Positions 60,009-64,000 of a DNA stretch of 64,000 nucleotides are shown here, piece by piece (position 1 is the first letter of the stretch; each line of letters opens with the position of its first letter). A program made the translations under genes and the position numbers. The stretch comes from Candidatus Latescibacterota bacterium (lineage in GTDB: Bacteria > Latescibacterota > UBA2968 > GCA-2709665). The notes under the pieces are model-generated. The model was not told the DNA's origin. It made no database searches and worked only from the letters and a program-made list of their open reading frames with translations. The DNA lies in contig OZ244937.1 in NCBI GenBank assembly GCA_965222075.1, forward strand, positions 4,064,001-4,128,000. Direction: 5' to 3'.

Positions 60009-61388
60009 ATGCTGGATCCCAAATTCCTCTTCGATGACCAAAAAATGCAGGAATTCATCGCCAACGGCTTCACTTTCATCAAGGCGGACCTCCCGCCCGA
60101 ACTCCACGAGGCCATCTACCGGAAAACCGAGGAAGTCTTTGAGAAAGAGGGCAATCCGGGGAACAACGTCCTCCCCAGGATTCCCGAACTTCAGCAGGTC
60201 TTCGACCACCCCGCCGTCCAGGGCGCCTTCACCAGCATCCTGGGTCCCGGGCACGTCATGCACACCCACCGCCACTGCCACATCAACAAGCTTCAAAGCG
60301 AGGGTGGGAGATGCCACAAAGACAGCTACTGGGGCTACCAGAAGGTGCGCTACCACCGCAACCGGTGGGCTATGGCCTTCTATTACCCCCAGGATGTCAG
60401 TCTGGAAAACGGCCCCACCGCGGTCGTGCCGGGAACCCACTACTACATGGACCGGATCGAAAATCTGGACGAATTGACCCGGCCTGTTCTGGGCGAGGCC
60501 GGCACCATCGCGGTTGTCCACTTCGACATCTGGCACCGGGCCATGCCCAACCGCACCGACCGGAACCGCTACATGATGAAGTTCCAGTTCACCCGGATGG
60601 AGGAACCGCAGCAGCCCTCGTGGAGCAACCGGGAGGCGTCCTGGTCCGGCGCCGAAGTCGGTGACAAACATCGGGTGATCTGGTCGCAAATGTGGGACTG
60701 GTCCCTGGCCCGGCAAAGAAACGGCGGCACCCTCGAAAACGGAAACGTCGCCGAACTCACCCGAACCCTCCAGGACGACGGCGAAACCGACCGCCTCAAC
60801 GCCGCCTATGCCCTGGGCGCAATCGGCGAACCCGCCATCCCCGGCCTCATCCAGACCTTGCAGGGAGAAAACGAGGCTGCGCAGCTTAACGCCGCCTACG
60901 CCCTCTCGGCCGTGGGCGAACCCGCCCTGCCCGCCCTCACCGCTGCCCTCAAGCACGAAAACGAGCGGGTCCGAGGCCACGCGGCCTTTGCCCTGGGCGA
61001 CATCGGCCCCGCTGCTGCTGACGCTGTGCCTGCACTGACGAAAACCCTGAATGACCCTTCCGAGTGGGTCCGCCACCACGCTGCCGAGGCTCTGGGCACC
61101 ATCGCTCAAAACGCCGATGCCGCTGTACCCGCACTGGGGCAGGCGTTAAAAGACGGCGACGGGCAGGTCCGGTACACCGCCGCCTATGCTCTCGCCCGGT
61201 TCGGTCCTGCGGCTCAGGCGGCTGTGCCTGCACTGCGCGACGCCTTACACGACGACAACCGCTATGCGTCCGGCCATTCAACCCTGGCACTGCAGCGCAT
61301 CGGAACCCCCGAAGCCACAGAGATCCTGCTCGATTTCCTGACCACCTCCCGGTGGTGTCCTCTCACTTCAAAAGAAAGTACGTATTAA
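60009..61388 (+). CDS. PhyH-family dioxygenase fused to HEAT/PBS-lyase repeats
   Basis: CHKD, VPGTH, WHR..PN..R; repeated AAYALGAIG / AVPAL motifs. Confidence 0.88.
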   Translation: MLDPKFLFDDQKMQEFIANGFTFIKADLPPELHEAIYRKTEEVFEKEGNPGNNVLPRIPELQQVFDHPAVQGAFTSILGPGHVMHTHRHCHINKLQSEGGRCHKDSYWGYQKVRYHRNRWAMAFYYPQDVSLENGPTAVVPGTHYYMDRIENLDELTRPVLGEAGTIAVVHFDIWHRAMPNRTDRNRYMMKFQFTRMEEPQQPSWSNREASWSGAEVGDKHRVIWSQMWDWSLARQRNGGTLENGNVAELTRTLQDDGETDRLNAAYALGAIGEPAIPGLIQTLQGENEAAQLNAAYALSAVGEPALPALTAALKHENERVRGHAAFALGDIGPAAADAVPALTKTLNDPSEWVRHHAAEALGTIAQNADAAVPALGQALKDGDGQVRYTAAYALARFGPAAQAAVPALRDALHDDNRYASGHSTLALQRIGTPEATEILLDFLTTSRWCPLTSKESTY

Positions 61389-61410
61389 AAATATCGAATA
61401 CCGAACAAGG

Positions 61411-62526
61411 ATGTCAACGATAAGCATTCTCCGAGCCGTCTCCTATACTATTATAATAGGTCTTCTGACCGCCTGTTCCGGCTCCGACACAGACAACCCG
61501 ACCTCCTCCGATCCCACTGCCTCCGGAAGTTCTGCGCTGCCTCTGCGTGGAGACGACAAATTCGGCGCTGAAGCAAATCCCACCGGAGACCCGATTGGAG
61601 GTGGAGAGGGCTACCGGCGCCTGATTATCGCATCCGATTACCAGGTCACAACCCGGGGAGAACTGCTCTCGGCCCTGGACTCGGCCAAAAGCGGGCAGGT
61701 CGTCTACGTGGCCGATACCACCCGGATTGACCTGAGCGGCCTGCAGAACGTCGTCATTCCCGGCGGCGTCACCCTTGCCAGCGGGCGGGGCAAGCAGGGG
61801 TCGCTGGGGGGACTGATCTACAGCACCGAACTGGAAACCATCCCCCTCTTTCTCACCGGCGGACCCAGCGTGCGGGTTACCGGACTGCGCCTGCGGGGTC
61901 CGGACCCGGAGCGGCGGACCGAGCAGATGAGACAGCTCTACGCCGAGGGCCGCTACTACAGCATCCCCAACTCGCGGGGCATCCAGACCACCCATCCCAA
62001 CCTGGAAGTGGACAACTGCGAGCTTTCGGCCTGGAGCCACGCCGCCGTCTATCTCGCGACCGGTTCCACGGGCCACATTCACCACAACTTCATGCACCAC
62101 AACCAGCGCCAGGGACTGGGCTATGGGGTGGTGTTGAACCAGTCGGAAGGCCTCATCGAGGCCAACCTGTTCGATTGGTGCCGCCACCACATTGCGGGAA
62201 CGGGCAGGCCTGGCACCAGCTATGAAGCGCGCTACAATCTGGTTCTGGAAAACGCCAACAGCCACAGCTTTGACATGCACGGGGGCGCGGACCGGGACGA
62301 TGGAACCGACATTGCCGGCACAAAGATCTGGATCCACCACAATACCTTCGAAGCAACTTCCGTCCGCGCAATCGTCATCCGGGGCCGTCCCCAGGAGATG
62401 GCCGAGATCTACAACAACTGGTTCCTCCACCTGACCCCCGACAGTGCCATCCGCCAGACAAACGCCACCGGAAATATGCGCAATTACAAGAACCAGTACT
62501 CCTCGAATCGGCTTCCCAGGGACTGA
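61411..62526 (+). CDS. Lipoprotein with right-handed beta-helix (pectin-lyase-like) domain
   Basis: LTAC lipobox; IHHNF, IEANLF, ARYNLV, IHHNTF, IYNNWF coils. Confidence 0.8.
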   Translation: MSTISILRAVSYTIIIGLLTACSGSDTDNPTSSDPTASGSSALPLRGDDKFGAEANPTGDPIGGGEGYRRLIIASDYQVTTRGELLSALDSAKSGQVVYVADTTRIDLSGLQNVVIPGGVTLASGRGKQGSLGGLIYSTELETIPLFLTGGPSVRVTGLRLRGPDPERRTEQMRQLYAEGRYYSIPNSRGIQTTHPNLEVDNCELSAWSHAAVYLATGSTGHIHHNFMHHNQRQGLGYGVVLNQSEGLIEANLFDWCRHHIAGTGRPGTSYEARYNLVLENANSHSFDMHGGADRDDGTDIAGTKIWIHHNTFEATSVRAIVIRGRPQEMAEIYNNWFLHLTPDSAIRQTNATGNMRNYKNQYSSNRLPRD

Positions 62527-62747
62527 AATCCAAAAAATACCCTTGGACGATGAACAAACATGCACTATATTATGGTATCGTAACCCCCTTCATCTCCCCT
62601 CCCATCTAAAATGTGAAACGGCAAACGGCAAAGGTCCCCCCACACCGGTGGACAATAGCCCACCTTTCACATTTGCCCTCTGCCGTGCTTCCCGGCTCCC
62701 GATTCTCCCCCTTACCCATCGTTTCAGAAAGGAACCATCACAGAACC

Positions 62748-64000
62748 ATGAGCAGAAGAATCCAGGCAGCCGTATACGACGAGAGCAAAGTTAAAACCCT
62801 CAACTCCCTCGAACACATCCGCCTCAGAACCGGCATGTACATCGGCCGCCTCGGACGCGGCGCCGATCCCGATGACGGCATCTACATCCTCTTAAAGGAA
62901 ATCATCGACAACGCGGTTGATGAATTCATCATGGGGTACGGGAAAAAGATCGACGTCACCATCAAAGACAGCCGGATCAGGGTGCGCGACTACGGTCGGG
63001 GAATTCCACTGGGCAAAGTCATCGACTGTGTCTCCATCATCAATACCGGCGCGAAATACAACGACGACGTCTTTCAGTTCAGCGTCGGCCTCAACGGCGT
63101 GGGCACAAAGGCTGTCAATGCCCTCTCTTCCGATTTCAAGGTCGTCTCCTACCGGAAAGGGAATTACTTCGAAGCCACCTTTAAACAGGGCAAACTCAAA
63201 CGCAAAAAACAGGGAAGGAGACCCGGCGAAGCAGACGGCACCTACGTCGAATTCCTGCCCGATTCCGAAATCTTCGAGGAATACGAATTCAACCCCGACT
63301 ACGTCGGACACCGCATGTGGAACTACGCCTGCCTCAACAGCGGGCTGCAGCTCATTTTCAACAAAAAGAAATTCGTCTCCAAGAACGGCCTGCTCGACTT
63401 CTTAAACCGTGAGATCGGCGACACGGCCCTCTATGACCCGGCCCATTACAAATCCCAGTACCTGGAATTCTCCTTCACCCACACCTCCAACTACGGCGAG
63501 ACCTTCTTCTCCTTCGTCAACGGCCAGCACACCACCGACGGGGGAACCCATCAAAGCGCCTTCCGCGAGGGCATCCTGAAAGGCGTCAACGAATTCTTCA
63601 AAAAGAACTACGGCGGCCCAGACGTGCGCGAAGGCATCTTTGGCGCCGTATCGGTCAAACTCAAATCGCCCGTCTTCGAATCCCAGACCAAAAACAAACT
63701 GGGCAACACCGACATCCGGAGCTGGGTCGTTTCCGAAGTCAGAAGCGGCGTGGTCGACTTCCTCCACAAAACCCCGGGCGCCGCCAAAAAACTCGCCGCG
63801 AAAATCGTGCAGAACGAACGCCTGCGCAAAGAGCTGAACGCCGTGAAAAAAGAGGCCAAGGAGGCCGCCCGCAAGATCGCCATCAAAATTCCCCACTTCA
63901 AAGACTGCAAATACCACCTGGGGGACAGAAAAAACGGCGAAGCGTCCACCATCTTCATCACCGAAGGCCCTTCGGCCGCCGGCTCGCTCGTCGCCTCGCG
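62748..64000 (+). CDS. parE: Type IIA topoisomerase subunit B, most likely Topo IV ParE (3' truncated by window edge)
   Basis: LEHIRLRTGMYIG, KEIIDNAVDE, RDYGRGIP, GLNGVG, FESQTK, FITEG; absent from the ORF track because it has no stop in the window. Confidence 0.88.
   Translation, partial: MSRRIQAAVYDESKVKTLNSLEHIRLRTGMYIGRLGRGADPDDGIYILLKEIIDNAVDEFIMGYGKKIDVTIKDSRIRVRDYGRGIPLGKVIDCVSIINTGAKYNDDVFQFSVGLNGVGTKAVNALSSDFKVVSYRKGNYFEATFKQGKLKRKKQGRRPGEADGTYVEFLPDSEIFEEYEFNPDYVGHRMWNYACLNSGLQLIFNKKKFVSKNGLLDFLNREIGDTALYDPAHYKSQYLEFSFTHTSNYGETFFSFVNGQHTTDGGTHQSAFREGILKGVNEFFKKNYGGPDVREGIFGAVSVKLKSPVFESQTKNKLGNTDIRSWVVSEVRSGVVDFLHKTPGAAKKLAAKIVQNERLRKELNAVKKEAKEAARKIAIKIPHFKDCKYHLGDRKNGEASTIFITEGPSAAGSLVAS

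Noticed and set aside
1-64000. CRISPR array, tRNA, rRNA or integron attC array
   Set aside because: No regularly spaced repeat-spacer units, cloverleaf, rRNA signature or repeated attC structure was seen by eye.

Overview
GC-rich bacterial chromosomal window from a diderm (TonB receptor, lipoproteins). Its many PhyH, enolase-superfamily and ceramidase-like genes are typical of uncultured heterotrophs such as Latescibacterota or Poribacteria (inference). 1-34 kb is mostly small-molecule catabolism. It includes a FadR-regulated corrinoid methyl-transfer cluster (MtaA-type methyltransferase, corrinoid protein, RACo activator) with a nearby MetF-MetV fusion and AcsE-like methyltransferase, plus two tandem Fe/2OG enzymes that lack the usual iron-binding carboxylate. 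34-45 kb carries a YtrA-ABC operon with duplicated permeases, a GNAT/phosphatase block bracketed by a 131-bp direct repeat, and an aquaporin-arsR pair. 45-56 kb is a Type III restriction-modification locus whose mod and res genes are separated by cargo: a Fic gene, an uncharacterised three-gene module ending in an MBL hydrolase, and an MNT antitoxin with an internally deleted HEPN toxin. A relic second mod 3' end marks the insertion boundary. The window ends with a TonB receptor, PhyH-HEAT, a beta-helix lipoprotein and a partial parE. Intergenic DNA holds four mosaic MITE-like elements, themselves invaded (including nested insertions) by CCTGCCTG..CAGGCAGG hairpins. No rRNA, tRNA or CRISPR array was seen. 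All protein calls come from motif recognition; no database search was run.
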